This document shows positions 7,782-16,003 of a DNA stretch of 32,054 nt, in pieces. Below the pieces are notes generated by a model that ran no database searches, had not been told where the DNA came from, and saw only the letters and a list, made by a program, of their open reading frames with translations. Numbering within the stretch: position 1 is the first letter of the stretch; every line of letters starts with the position of its first letter. Source of the DNA: an uncultured Candidatus Peribacteria bacterium (GTDB taxonomy: Bacteria; Patescibacteriota; Gracilibacteria; UBA4473); the NCBI GenBank assembly GCA_964567875.1, contig CAZMOH010000001.1, positions 1-32,054 on the forward strand, given 5' to 3'. The position numbers and the translations under genes are program-made.

Positions 7782-9281
7782 ATGAAAAATGTACTAATTT
7801 CGGTTTCAGATAAAACAGGTGTAACAAAATTTGCAAAAAACCTCGAAGAACTTGGTTATAACATTCTCTCAACAGGTGGAACTTTTCGTGTTTTAAAAGA
7901 AGCGGGAATCAAAAACCTACAAGAAGTTGCAGATTTTACAAAATTTCCAGAAGGATTAGAAGGACGAATTAAAACACTTACTCCGCAAATTTTCGCGGGA
8001 ATTCTTTATCTACGAGGAAACGAAACTCACGAGAAGTTTATGCGTGAAAATAATTTAGAGGATATTGATATGGTGGTAGTTAATTTGTATCCATTTAAAA
8101 AGAATTATTTAGATAACTCCAAAGATTTCCGCGAAAAGGTAGAACAAATTGATATTGGAGGACCTTCAATGATTCGGGCAGCAGCGAAGAATTTTGAATT
8201 TTGTGCGCCAGTTGTTGATCCAGATGATTATGCCAAAATTATTTCCGAACTTAAAAATGAAGGGGATATTACTTTAAAAACACGAAAAATTTTAGCGGCC
8301 AAAGTTTTTGAAATGACCGCACATTATGATTTATTAATCGCGAAATTTTGGGTGGAAAACGCTGAAAAAAGACCGCTTCGTTATGGGGAAAATCCTCACC
8401 AATCAGCAGTTATTTTAGAAGACCCCTTTGTCGAAGGAGTAAACTTAGTTAAAGCGAAAGTTCTAAACGGGAAACCACTTTCTTATAACAATTTTGGTGA
8501 CTCAACTGGAGCTCTGGAATTAGCAATTAGTTTTGAACAACCTTTTGCTTGCATCATAAAACACGCTTCACCATGTTGTGCGGCAATTGGAGAAACCATT
8601 GATGAAGCTTTTTCGCGGGCTTATGAAATGGGAGATTCTTTATCCGCTTTTGGGGGAATTATTGCCTTAAATCGTAAGGTAAATAAAGCGACTGCTGAGA
8701 AAATTATCTCATTTTTCAACGAAGTGGTAATGGCGCCAGGATATGATGATGAAGCTCTAGAAATTTTGAAAACCAAGAAAAATTTGCGAGTTTTAGAAGT
8801 GCCAAATATGGACAAAGTAGAACCAGATTTTGTTTATAAACGAGTTCGGGGAGGAACTTTAATGCAAGAAATAGATTTGAAACAAATTTCCCGCGAAAAT
8901 TTACAAACAGTTACCAAGGAAGCTCCTTCAGAAAAGGAAATTATAGACTTACTGACAGCTTGGAAAATTGTAAAAATGGTTAAATCAAATGCAATAGCCA
9001 TTGTTAAAGACGGTGCACTTATTGGGGCTAACGGTGGGCAAACTTCGCGAGTTGACGCGATGAAAAATGCGATTGCTCAAGCTGGTGAAAAAGCAATCGG
9101 GGCAGTTTTAGCTTCAGATGCTTTTTTCCCTTTTCCAGACGCGGTGGAAGCAGCGGGAGAAGCTAAAATTTCAGCCATTATTCAGCCAGGTGGTTCTCGG
9201 AATGACGATATTGTTTTTGCTAAAGCTGATGAATTAGGAATTAAAATGGTTTTAACCGGGACACGAAGTTTTCTGCATTAA
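7782..9281 (+). CDS. purH: Bifunctional AICAR transformylase / IMP cyclohydrolase
   Basis: 499 aa, from MKNVLISVSDKTGV...LSTGGT to the ...RSFLH end, the canonical PurH pattern. Confidence 0.95.
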   Translation: MKNVLISVSDKTGVTKFAKNLEELGYNILSTGGTFRVLKEAGIKNLQEVADFTKFPEGLEGRIKTLTPQIFAGILYLRGNETHEKFMRENNLEDIDMVVVNLYPFKKNYLDNSKDFREKVEQIDIGGPSMIRAAAKNFEFCAPVVDPDDYAKIISELKNEGDITLKTRKILAAKVFEMTAHYDLLIAKFWVENAEKRPLRYGENPHQSAVILEDPFVEGVNLVKAKVLNGKPLSYNNFGDSTGALELAISFEQPFACIIKHASPCCAAIGETIDEAFSRAYEMGDSLSAFGGIIALNRKVNKATAEKIISFFNEVVMAPGYDDEALEILKTKKNLRVLEVPNMDKVEPDFVYKRVRGGTLMQEIDLKQISRENLQTVTKEAPSEKEIIDLLTAWKIVKMVKSNAIAIVKDGALIGANGGQTSRVDAMKNAIAQAGEKAIGAVLASDAFFPFPDAVEAAGEAKISAIIQPGGSRNDDIVFAKADELGIKMVLTGTRSFLH

Positions 9282-9305
9282 AAAATTCCCGCGAAATTTT
9301 AAAAA

Positions 9306-9737
9306 ATGAAACAAGATAAAATAGAGACTACTTTTCTGAAAACTTTTCGTGGATTTAAAAAAATAATTCCGATGATTTTGATTATTTTTCTAATAATCAG
9401 TTTTATCAAAGTTTTAATTCCTACCAGTTTTTATCAAAAAATTTTCACAGGTAATTTTTTCGCGGATTTATTTATCGGAAGTACTTTGGGGAGTGTTTTA
9501 GCTGGGAATCCAATTACTGGATATATTTTGGGAAACGAATTTTTAAAAAACGGAGTTGATTTAGTGGCAGTTACTTCTTTTTTGGTTTGTTGGACAACTG
9601 TTGGATTAATTCAGTATCCTGTAGAAAGCATTAGTTTGGGTAAAAATTTCGCGAAATTTCGTAATATTTCAGCTTTCTTTATTTCAATGCTAGTTGCTAT
9701 TACAACGGTTTTTATTTTTGATCTTATTATCAAATGA
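9306..9737 (+). CDS. Small polytopic membrane protein (possible permease subunit)
   Basis: 143 aa with about 4 hydrophobic helices. It is coupled to the next gene by an ATGA overlap. Confidence 0.5.
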   Translation: MKQDKIETTFLKTFRGFKKIIPMILIIFLIISFIKVLIPTSFYQKIFTGNFFADLFIGSTLGSVLAGNPITGYILGNEFLKNGVDLVAVTSFLVCWTTVGLIQYPVESISLGKNFAKFRNISAFFISMLVAITTVFIFDLIIK

Positions 9738-10243
9738 AAAAGATTTTTAAAAACAAAATCGCAATTATATTTTTCATTTGTTTTGTAATTTTGGCTGCAG
9801 TTTGGTGGCAAAATCCCGCGAAATTTTGGCAAATTGGACAAGTTTTCAAAAACTTAATTCTACAGTTAATTCCAGTTTTAGGATTAGTATTTTTAATAAT
9901 GTTTCTAATTAATTATTTTTTTGATAAAAATTTATTGGAAAAAAATTTATTAAAACAGAGTCCTTTAAAAAAATGGGTAGTTTCGATTCTCGCAGGAATT
10001 CTATCTGTTGGACCGGTTTATGTTTGGTATCCATTAATGCAGGATTTACAAGAAAAAAATGTTGAGAACCGTTATATTGCTTGTTTCCTTTATAATCGTG
10101 GCATAAAACTTCACTGGGTAACGATTCTGATTTTTTATTTTGGATTAATTTATGTTTTAATTTTGTTTATAGTGATGACTTTGTTTTCTATTCCACAGGG
10201 GATAATTACTGAGAAATTAATTAATAAATTTTCTTCAAAATGA
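9734..10243 (+). CDS. Small polytopic membrane protein (possible permease subunit)
   Basis: 169 aa and hydrophobic, with ATGA overlaps on both sides. Confidence 0.5.
   Translation: MKKIFKNKIAIIFFICFVILAAVWWQNPAKFWQIGQVFKNLILQLIPVLGLVFLIMFLINYFFDKNLLEKNLLKQSPLKKWVVSILAGILSVGPVYVWYPLMQDLQEKNVENRYIACFLYNRGIKLHWVTILIFYFGLIYVLILFIVMTLFSIPQGIITEKLINKFSSK
9810..9827 (+). repeat. Exact 18-mer motif copy
   Basis: Inside a membrane-protein CDS, where it encodes NPAKF. Confidence 0.95.
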
Positions 10244-11211
10244 ATATCTTTTATCCCTTCGAATATCTCGCGAAATTTATAACTTTTTCTATTTTTTCTC
10301 TTGAAAAAGGAACACATTTAGCGGAAGCTGTAAATTTTTTCTTTTACGATTCTCTGAAAATTTTGTTTTTAATTTTGATTATTACTCATTTAATGAGTTT
10401 GTTGCGGTATTATTTACCAATTGAAAAAATTCGTGGGTTTTTAACTAGTCGGAAATTTTACGGATTAGATTATTTTCTTGCCACAATTTTTGGGGCAATT
10501 ACGCCTTTTTGTTCTTGTTCTTCAATTCCACTTTTTATAGGATTCATCGAAGCCCGTATTCCATTGGGAGTTACTTTTGCTTTTTTGATAACTTCACCTC
10601 TAATTAATGAAGTAGCAATTGCTTTGTTTATTGGAATGTTTGGATTAAAAATCACCCTAGCCTATATTTTCGCGGGAATTTTTATTGGAATGCTGGGGGG
10701 ATTTATTATCGGACAATTAAATTTAGAAAAATATGTCGCCGATTTTGTCTGGAAAGCACATATTAAAAACCATGAAACAAAATCCCGCGAAATTTTGTTT
10801 GCTCAAGTTTGGCAAGAAATTTCCGCTGAAGCTTTTGGAATTATGCGAAAAATTACTGGTTATGTTTTAGTTGGAGTGGCTTTAGGTGGACTTATTCATG
10901 GTTTTGTTCCGCAGGGATTTTTTGAAAAATATCTACAAAAAGCTAGTTGGTGGGGAGTTCCCTTAGCCGTAATTTTAGCTATTCCTTTGTATTCTAACGC
11001 AAGTGGTGTAATTCCAATTATTCAATCACTAGTTACAAAAGGAGTTCCTTTGGGGACAGCTTTAGCTCTGATGATGGGGATTGTCGGACTTTCTTTGCCG
11101 GAAGCTTTTATTCTCAAAAAAGTTCTTAAATGGCAACTTCTTGCGATATTTTTCAGTATCGTAGCGGTTGGAATTATTCTAATTGGTTATATTTTTAATG
11201 CTTTTCTCTAA
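10240..11211 (+). CDS. Predicted permease (ArsP/YraQ-like, PF03773-type)
   Basis: 323 aa, polytopic, with the FCSCSSIPLF motif characteristic of this permease family. Confidence 0.7.
   Translation: MNIFYPFEYLAKFITFSIFSLEKGTHLAEAVNFFFYDSLKILFLILIITHLMSLLRYYLPIEKIRGFLTSRKFYGLDYFLATIFGAITPFCSCSSIPLFIGFIEARIPLGVTFAFLITSPLINEVAIALFIGMFGLKITLAYIFAGIFIGMLGGFIIGQLNLEKYVADFVWKAHIKNHETKSREILFAQVWQEISAEAFGIMRKITGYVLVGVALGGLIHGFVPQGFFEKYLQKASWWGVPLAVILAIPLYSNASGVIPIIQSLVTKGVPLGTALALMMGIVGLSLPEAFILKKVLKWQLLAIFFSIVAVGIILIGYIFNAFL
10779..10796 (+). repeat. Exact 18-mer motif copy
   Basis: Inside the permease CDS, where it encodes KSREI. Confidence 0.95.
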
Positions 11212-11227
11212 AATTTCGCGGGATTTT
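11210..11227 (-). repeat. Exact 18-mer motif copy
   Basis: Fills the 14-bp convergent spacer. It overlaps the permease TAA (11209-11211) and the mscS stop (11226-11228). Confidence 0.95.
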
Positions 11228-12047
11228 ATTTTTTCAAATGTACATCCATCTGCGGATAAGGAATAGAAATTTGAGCTTTATCAAATTCTTGTTTTACTTT
11301 TTCAATAAAATCAAACTTGATATCCCAATAATCATCAGTATTGCACCACGGTCGAACGAAAAAATTAACAGAACTATCAGCTAGTTCTCCTACCACTACT
11401 AAAGGTTTAGGATCTTTTAAAATCCGTTTGTCTTCTTTAATAATTTTTTCTAAAATCCCGCGAACTTTTACCAAATCATCGTCGTAACTTACCCCAAATA
11501 CCATATCAATTCGTCTAGTTTTTTTGGCAGTGTAGTTTGTAATTTCTTTATTAGATAAATCTCCGTTAGGAATAATTATTGTTTTATTATCAATTGTTAC
11601 CAAAGTTGTATTGAAAATAGTTATTTTTTCTACAGTTCCGGCGTGAGAACTGGTTGCAATATAATCTCCAATTTTAAATGGTTCAAAAAGTAAAATTAAA
11701 ACTCCACCAGCGAAATTAGCCAAACTCCCTTGTAAAGAAAGTCCAATAGCTAAACCAGCTGCTCCCAAAAGAGCGATAAATGAAGTCATTGGTACACCTA
11801 AAATTCCCGCGAAAATAATAAAAACGAGAACTTTTAAAGAAATTGAAATCAAGCTTCCTAAAAAAGTCCGAACTTCTAAACTTATTTTTTGTTTAACCAT
11901 TATTTTGTGCAATCCTTTGATTAAAATTCTAACTACTTTAAATCCAATCCATAGCACTAAAAAAGCAAGAATTATTCGCGGAATATAACTTATAGCGCCT
12001 TCGATGAATAATTCCTTATATTTTGCGAAATCTAAATCAATTTTCAT
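11226..12047 (-). CDS. mscS: Small-conductance mechanosensitive channel (MscS family)
   Basis: 273 aa with GAAGLAIGLSLQGSLANFAGGVLILLFEPFKIGDYI, the pore-helix/beta-domain signature. Confidence 0.9.
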   Translation of the reverse strand: MKIDLDFAKYKELFIEGAISYIPRIILAFLVLWIGFKVVRILIKGLHKIMVKQKISLEVRTFLGSLISISLKVLVFIIFAGILGVPMTSFIALLGAAGLAIGLSLQGSLANFAGGVLILLFEPFKIGDYIATSSHAGTVEKITIFNTTLVTIDNKTIIIPNGDLSNKEITNYTAKKTRRIDMVFGVSYDDDLVKVRGILEKIIKEDKRILKDPKPLVVVGELADSSVNFFVRPWCNTDDYWDIKFDFIEKVKQEFDKAQISIPYPQMDVHLKK

Positions 12048-12162
12048 TTTATTTTTGTAAAATTTCGCGGGAATTATAAATGATTAATTATTAAAAGTGA
12101 AAATTTTAAAGCTAGAACAAATTCTTGTTGACTTTTTTAGTAAATTGCATTAACCATTAAAT

Positions 12163-12669
12163 ATGAGTGAGTTTAATGATAAAGTTTTCTCAAAAAATAC
12201 GCTAAAAATAAATTCAATTCTAGAAGAATCTAAAAATTTAAATGAAATTGTCTGGAGGTTTAGGCATCGAATTGATATGATTCTGATATCAATAGAAGAG
12301 CTTTTAATATTTTTTTTAAGTGAAAAAATATCTGATTTATTTATGAATGATGAACACTTATTAAAAAACACTGTTATTGCTACAACAATGATTTTTTCAG
12401 CAATGATTTTTTTTATTAAAGGTGAAAATTATAAATCTTTAAAATATAATTATTTGCATTTTGTGAGAAAAATAAGAGATAAAGATGATAAAGAAATTAT
12501 TGATAAATTAATAAAACAATTTAGAAAATCAGAAAAATTTGAAGGATATTGTGCAGAACAAGGAATTTATTTAGCAATTAGAGATATTTATGGAAAAAAT
12601 TCTCCAGAAATGAAAAAATTTAAAAAATTACGAAAGAAATATTCTAGAAATATAATTCCCAATTTCTAA
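12163..12669 (+). CDS. Hypothetical protein (very AT-rich, lacks the window-wide motif)
   Basis: 168-aa ORF, Lys/Ile/Asn-rich with one hydrophobic segment. No recognisable family. Confidence 0.45.
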   Translation: MSEFNDKVFSKNTLKINSILEESKNLNEIVWRFRHRIDMILISIEELLIFFLSEKISDLFMNDEHLLKNTVIATTMIFSAMIFFIKGENYKSLKYNYLHFVRKIRDKDDKEIIDKLIKQFRKSEKFEGYCAEQGIYLAIRDIYGKNSPEMKKFKKLRKKYSRNIIPNF

Positions 12670-12703
12670 AATTTCGCGGGATTTAATTCTTCATTAAAAA
12701 AAA

Positions 12704-12732
12704 TTTGCCTTATTTTTTGATTTTCATAAAAT
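12704..12732 (+). promoter_or_regulatory. Candidate promoter of tRNA-Val
   Basis: TTTGCC (12704-12709), a 17-nt spacer, then TAAAAT (12727-12732), 14 nt upstream of the tRNA. Confidence 0.35.
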
Positions 12733-12746
12733 TTCTCAGCAGTTGA

Positions 12747-12823
12747 GGGTGATTAGCTCAGTTGGCTAGAGCATCTCGTTTACACCGAGGAGGTCACAGG
12801 TTCGAGTCCTGTATCACCCACCA
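12747..12823 (+). tRNA. tRNA-Val (anticodon TAC)
   Basis: Cloverleaf: GGGTGAT/TA/GCTC-AGTTGGCTA-GAGC/A/TCTCG-TTTACAC-CGAGG/AGGTC/ACAGG-TTCGAGT-CCTGT/ATCACCC/A/CCA. Confidence 0.9.
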
Positions 12824-12837
12824 GATAAAAAACAAGT

Positions 12838-12861
12838 AGCAGGACGAGAGCCTGTTTTTTT
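12838..12861 (+). terminator. Weak hairpin plus T7 run after tRNA-Val
   Basis: agCAGG-acgagag-CCTGtt followed by TTTTTTT (12855-12861). Confidence 0.4.
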
Positions 12862-12924
12862 CTTATAAAAAAATCCCGCGAAAATTTGACTTTTCAAAAA
12901 AAATAAAGAAAATTCAAGCGTCTA

Positions 12925-12957
12925 GATGGTTAACTTGAGAAGTTAATCGTCTTTTTT
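12925..12957 (+). terminator. Terminator/attenuator-like hairpin in the nusA leader
   Basis: GATGGTTAACTT-gag-AAGTTAATCGTC forms a 12-bp stem with G-U pairs and a perfect 7-bp core. It is followed by TTTTTT (12952-12957). Confidence 0.5.
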
Positions 12958-12961
12958 CCGC

Positions 12962-12979
12962 AAAATTTCGCGGGATTTT
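12962..12979 (-). repeat. Exact 18-mer motif copy
   Basis: Ends 15 nt upstream of the nusA ATG. Confidence 0.95.
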
Positions 12980-12994
12980 CTTCAAGAAAATTTC

Positions 12995-14293
12995 ATGCAA
13001 AGTCAATTACAAGCCGCTATCAACCAAATCTGTGCCGAAAAAAATATCGACAAAGATGTAGTTATTAATGCCATTGAAGAAGGAATTGCTTTGGCTTATC
13101 GAAAAGATTTTGGTCACAAGGATCAAAAAATAAAAGTTATTTTAGGTGATGATATAAGTGAATTGAAAATTTTTGAAGAACGAGAAGTGGTAAAAAAAGT
13201 GGAGAATTTTGAAACAGAAATCTCTTTAAAAGATGCACAAAAAATAAATCCAGTAATAGAAATTGGACAAAAAATTTATATTCCTTTGAAGTTAGAAGAA
13301 AACTTCGGGAGAATTGCGGCTCAGACAGCACGACATGTTATGACTCAAAAGATTCAAGAAGCAGAGAGAGCAATGCTTTTTGAGAAATTTAAAGATCGAG
13401 AAGGAGAACTTTTGACAGCTCGAGTTCAGAAAGTTGATAGGGATTCAGCTTTGATTGAGATTGAGGGTATTACTACGATTTTGCCCAAAAGACAACAAAT
13501 TATGGGAGAAAAGTACTTTACAGGTCAAAGAATTAAAGTTCTTTTGGAATCAGTTGAACAAACTAGTCGTGGTCCACAATTAAAAATTACTAGAACAAGT
13601 AATAAATTTATTGAAGCACTTTTTGAAGCAGAAATTCCAGAAATTCGCGAAGGATTAGTTTATATAGCGAAAATGGCTCGTGAACATGGTGTTCGTTGTA
13701 AAATTGCAGTTGCTTCTGACGATAATTCTATTGATCCAGTTGGGGCATTTGTTGGGCAAAGAGGTAGTCGTATTAATGCTGTTATGGAAGAAGTTGGAGA
13801 TGAAAGGTTAGATATAATTCAATATTACGAAGATCCAAAGAAGCTACTTAAAGCGGCTCTTTCTCCCGCGAAAATTGCAAAGGTTGAATTTTACAAAGGG
13901 GATAGAGGAGAGGAGCGTGTAAAAATATTTGTTCGAGAAGAAGAACGAGCAATTTCTATTGGAAGGAAAGGACAAAATGTTAGATTAGCAGGACAACTTA
14001 TTGGAATGCAAATTGATGTTATAACTTTTGATGGACCAGATGAAGAAGACGAATCTCTAAAAGCAGAAGTAGTTTCTAAGCAAAAGAAAGCTAAAAAAGA
14101 GGTTTCTGAGAAACTTACAATTGATAACTTGGAAGGAGTTGATAAGGAAGTTATTGCAACCTTAACTGATATTGGATTATCCCAAATTAAACAGTTCGAA
14201 GGATTACAAGCTGAAGAGCTTTCTGAAATTGGAATTTCTTTGGCTGATGCAAAATCAGTTATTAAAGCTGTTAAGAAGTTTTTAAATAGTTAG
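12995..14293 (+). CDS. nusA: Transcription termination/antitermination factor NusA
   Basis: 432 aa with an NusA N-terminal domain, S1, two KH domains (GQRGSRINAV..., IGRKGQNVRLA) and a C-terminal HhH-like tail. Confidence 0.95.
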   Translation: MQSQLQAAINQICAEKNIDKDVVINAIEEGIALAYRKDFGHKDQKIKVILGDDISELKIFEEREVVKKVENFETEISLKDAQKINPVIEIGQKIYIPLKLEENFGRIAAQTARHVMTQKIQEAERAMLFEKFKDREGELLTARVQKVDRDSALIEIEGITTILPKRQQIMGEKYFTGQRIKVLLESVEQTSRGPQLKITRTSNKFIEALFEAEIPEIREGLVYIAKMAREHGVRCKIAVASDDNSIDPVGAFVGQRGSRINAVMEEVGDERLDIIQYYEDPKKLLKAALSPAKIAKVEFYKGDRGEERVKIFVREEERAISIGRKGQNVRLAGQLIGMQIDVITFDGPDEEDESLKAEVVSKQKKAKKEVSEKLTIDNLEGVDKEVIATLTDIGLSQIKQFEGLQAEELSEIGISLADAKSVIKAVKKFLNS

Positions 14294-14298
14294 TTAAG

Positions 14299-14316
14299 AA
14301 AATTTCGCGGGATTTT
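14299..14316 (-). repeat. Exact 18-mer motif copy
   Basis: Lies 5 nt after the nusA stop. Confidence 0.95.
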
Positions 14317-14360
14317 CTTCAAATTACAAATTATTTTAAATAAATCGTTTTATTTAAATA

Positions 14361-14369
14361 TGTTATAAT
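14361..14369 (+). promoter_or_regulatory. Extended -10 element upstream of ruvC
   Basis: TGtTATAAT sits only 9 nt before the ruvC ATG, implying a near-leaderless transcript. Confidence 0.4.
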
Positions 14370-14378
14370 TTTTTTGTT

Positions 14379-14855
14379 ATGAAAATTTTAGGAATAGATC
14401 CCGGATATGGATTATGTGGATTTGCTGTTTTAGAGAAATCCCGCGAAATTTCGGAATTTAATCTGCTTACTTTTGGTGTTATTTCAACCCCCCCCGAAAA
14501 GAATTTTGCAGAAAGATTATTAGAGATTGCTAATGATTTTCAAAATCTTTTAAATAAATATAGGCCCCAAATTGTTTCAATTGAAGATTTATTTTTTGCC
14601 AAAAATGTAACAACTGGTTTACAGGTAGCACAAGTTCGCGGAATTTTAATTTATCTAGCCCAAAAATTCGGTTGTCAAATATTAGAACCAAAACCAGTAG
14701 AGGTAAAATCCTCTTTTACAGGAAACGGAAGAGCAACTAAATTAGAAATGAAGAAAATGGCGAAATTAATGTTTCACCTAGAAAATAATCCTCAAATTGA
14801 TGATGCAGCTGATGCAATTGCCATTGCTTTATGGGCAATTAGGCAGAAATATTAA
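14379..14855 (+). CDS. ruvC: Holliday junction resolvase RuvC
   Basis: Begins MKILGIDPGYGLCGFAVLE and contains ...DAADAIAIAL, carrying the catalytic acidic residues of RuvC. Confidence 0.93.
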   Translation: MKILGIDPGYGLCGFAVLEKSREISEFNLLTFGVISTPPEKNFAERLLEIANDFQNLLNKYRPQIVSIEDLFFAKNVTTGLQVAQVRGILIYLAQKFGCQILEPKPVEVKSSFTGNGRATKLEMKKMAKLMFHLENNPQIDDAADAIAIALWAIRQKY

Positions 14856-14870
14856 ATTTCGCAGGATTTT

Positions 14871-15938
14871 TTATTGAACTCCGTTTGCTTTCAAAATTGA
14901 CTTTAAATCCTCTTCGCTTTTAGCATACTCAAAAGCTACTTCTTTAGTTATAATTTTATTAATAACTAAGCCAGCTAAAGATTGTTCTAATTGCACCATT
15001 TGTCCTGAATCGTCAGTTTGAAGAGCTGTTGGAATCTGAAAAATCTTATTTGTTCGAATATAGTTGGCAATCGCATAGTTATTAACTAAAACTTCATAAG
15101 CCAAAGTCCGACCACCAGCAATTGTTGGCACCAAAGTTTGCGAAATAATGATTGATAGTGTGCTAGCAAGTTGTGAGCGAACTTGTCCCTGCTGTTCTGA
15201 AGGGAAAATATCAATAATTCGCGAAATTGTTTCCGGACCACTATTTGTATGTAAAGTTGAAAAAACCAAATGTCCAGTTTCAGCCATTGTTAAAGCCGCA
15301 GAGATTGTTTCATAATCACGCATTTCTCCAACTAACAAAATATCGGGATCTTCTCGTAAGGCAGCTTTAATCCCTGCTGTAAAATCTACAACATCTCGAC
15401 CAATTTCTCTCTGTTGAATCATAGAATTATTAGATGGGAGTAAAAATTCCACTGGATCTTCAATTGTGATAATATGATCCGCCCTTGTTCGTGAAATTTC
15501 TTGTAAAACTGAGGCTAAAGTTGTTGTTTTTCCCTGCCCAGTTGGCCCAACAATTAAAACAAATCCTTTGCGTTTTGTAGTTAGATTTTTAATAACAAAA
15601 TCAGGAAATCCTAAAGTATGAATATCAGGAATTTTCGCGGGAATTATTCGTAGAGAAACACTTAATCCTTTTTCTTGAAAAAAAGCATTTCCACGCATTC
15701 TTACGCCTTGTGGTCCTTGTACTGCAAAATCAACCTGTCTTCCAATTTGCAAAGTCTTTTTTTGTTTATCATTTAGAATAGGTAATAAAAACTGTTGAAT
15801 AAGTTTTGCATCAACAATTCTTTCTCCTTGTTTAACCATTTTCCCAGCGACACGAAAATGAATTTGTAATCCTGGTGATAAATGAATATCGGAAGCATTT
15901 TGCTGAATAGCGGCTAAAACTAGTTTTTCTGAATCCAT
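14871..15938 (-). CDS. pilT: Type IV pilus retraction ATPase PilT
   Basis: 355 aa with ASDIHL..., Walker A GPTGQGKTTT, and Asp/His boxes (DPDILLVGEMRD, GHLVFSTLHT). Confidence 0.9.
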   Translation of the reverse strand: MDSEKLVLAAIQQNASDIHLSPGLQIHFRVAGKMVKQGERIVDAKLIQQFLLPILNDKQKKTLQIGRQVDFAVQGPQGVRMRGNAFFQEKGLSVSLRIIPAKIPDIHTLGFPDFVIKNLTTKRKGFVLIVGPTGQGKTTTLASVLQEISRTRADHIITIEDPVEFLLPSNNSMIQQREIGRDVVDFTAGIKAALREDPDILLVGEMRDYETISAALTMAETGHLVFSTLHTNSGPETISRIIDIFPSEQQGQVRSQLASTLSIIISQTLVPTIAGGRTLAYEVLVNNYAIANYIRTNKIFQIPTALQTDDSGQMVQLEQSLAGLVINKIITKEVAFEYAKSEEDLKSILKANGVQ

Positions 15939-15985
15939 ATTTTTTTATTTGTTTTTTTAAAGTATAAGGATTTTTTAAAATTCTC

Positions 15986-16003
15986 AAAATCCCGCGAAAT
16001 TTT
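15986..16003 (+). repeat. Exact 18-mer motif copy
   Basis: Overlaps the TAA stop (16002-16004, minus strand) of the M23-SLH gene and lies upstream of pilT. Confidence 0.95.
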
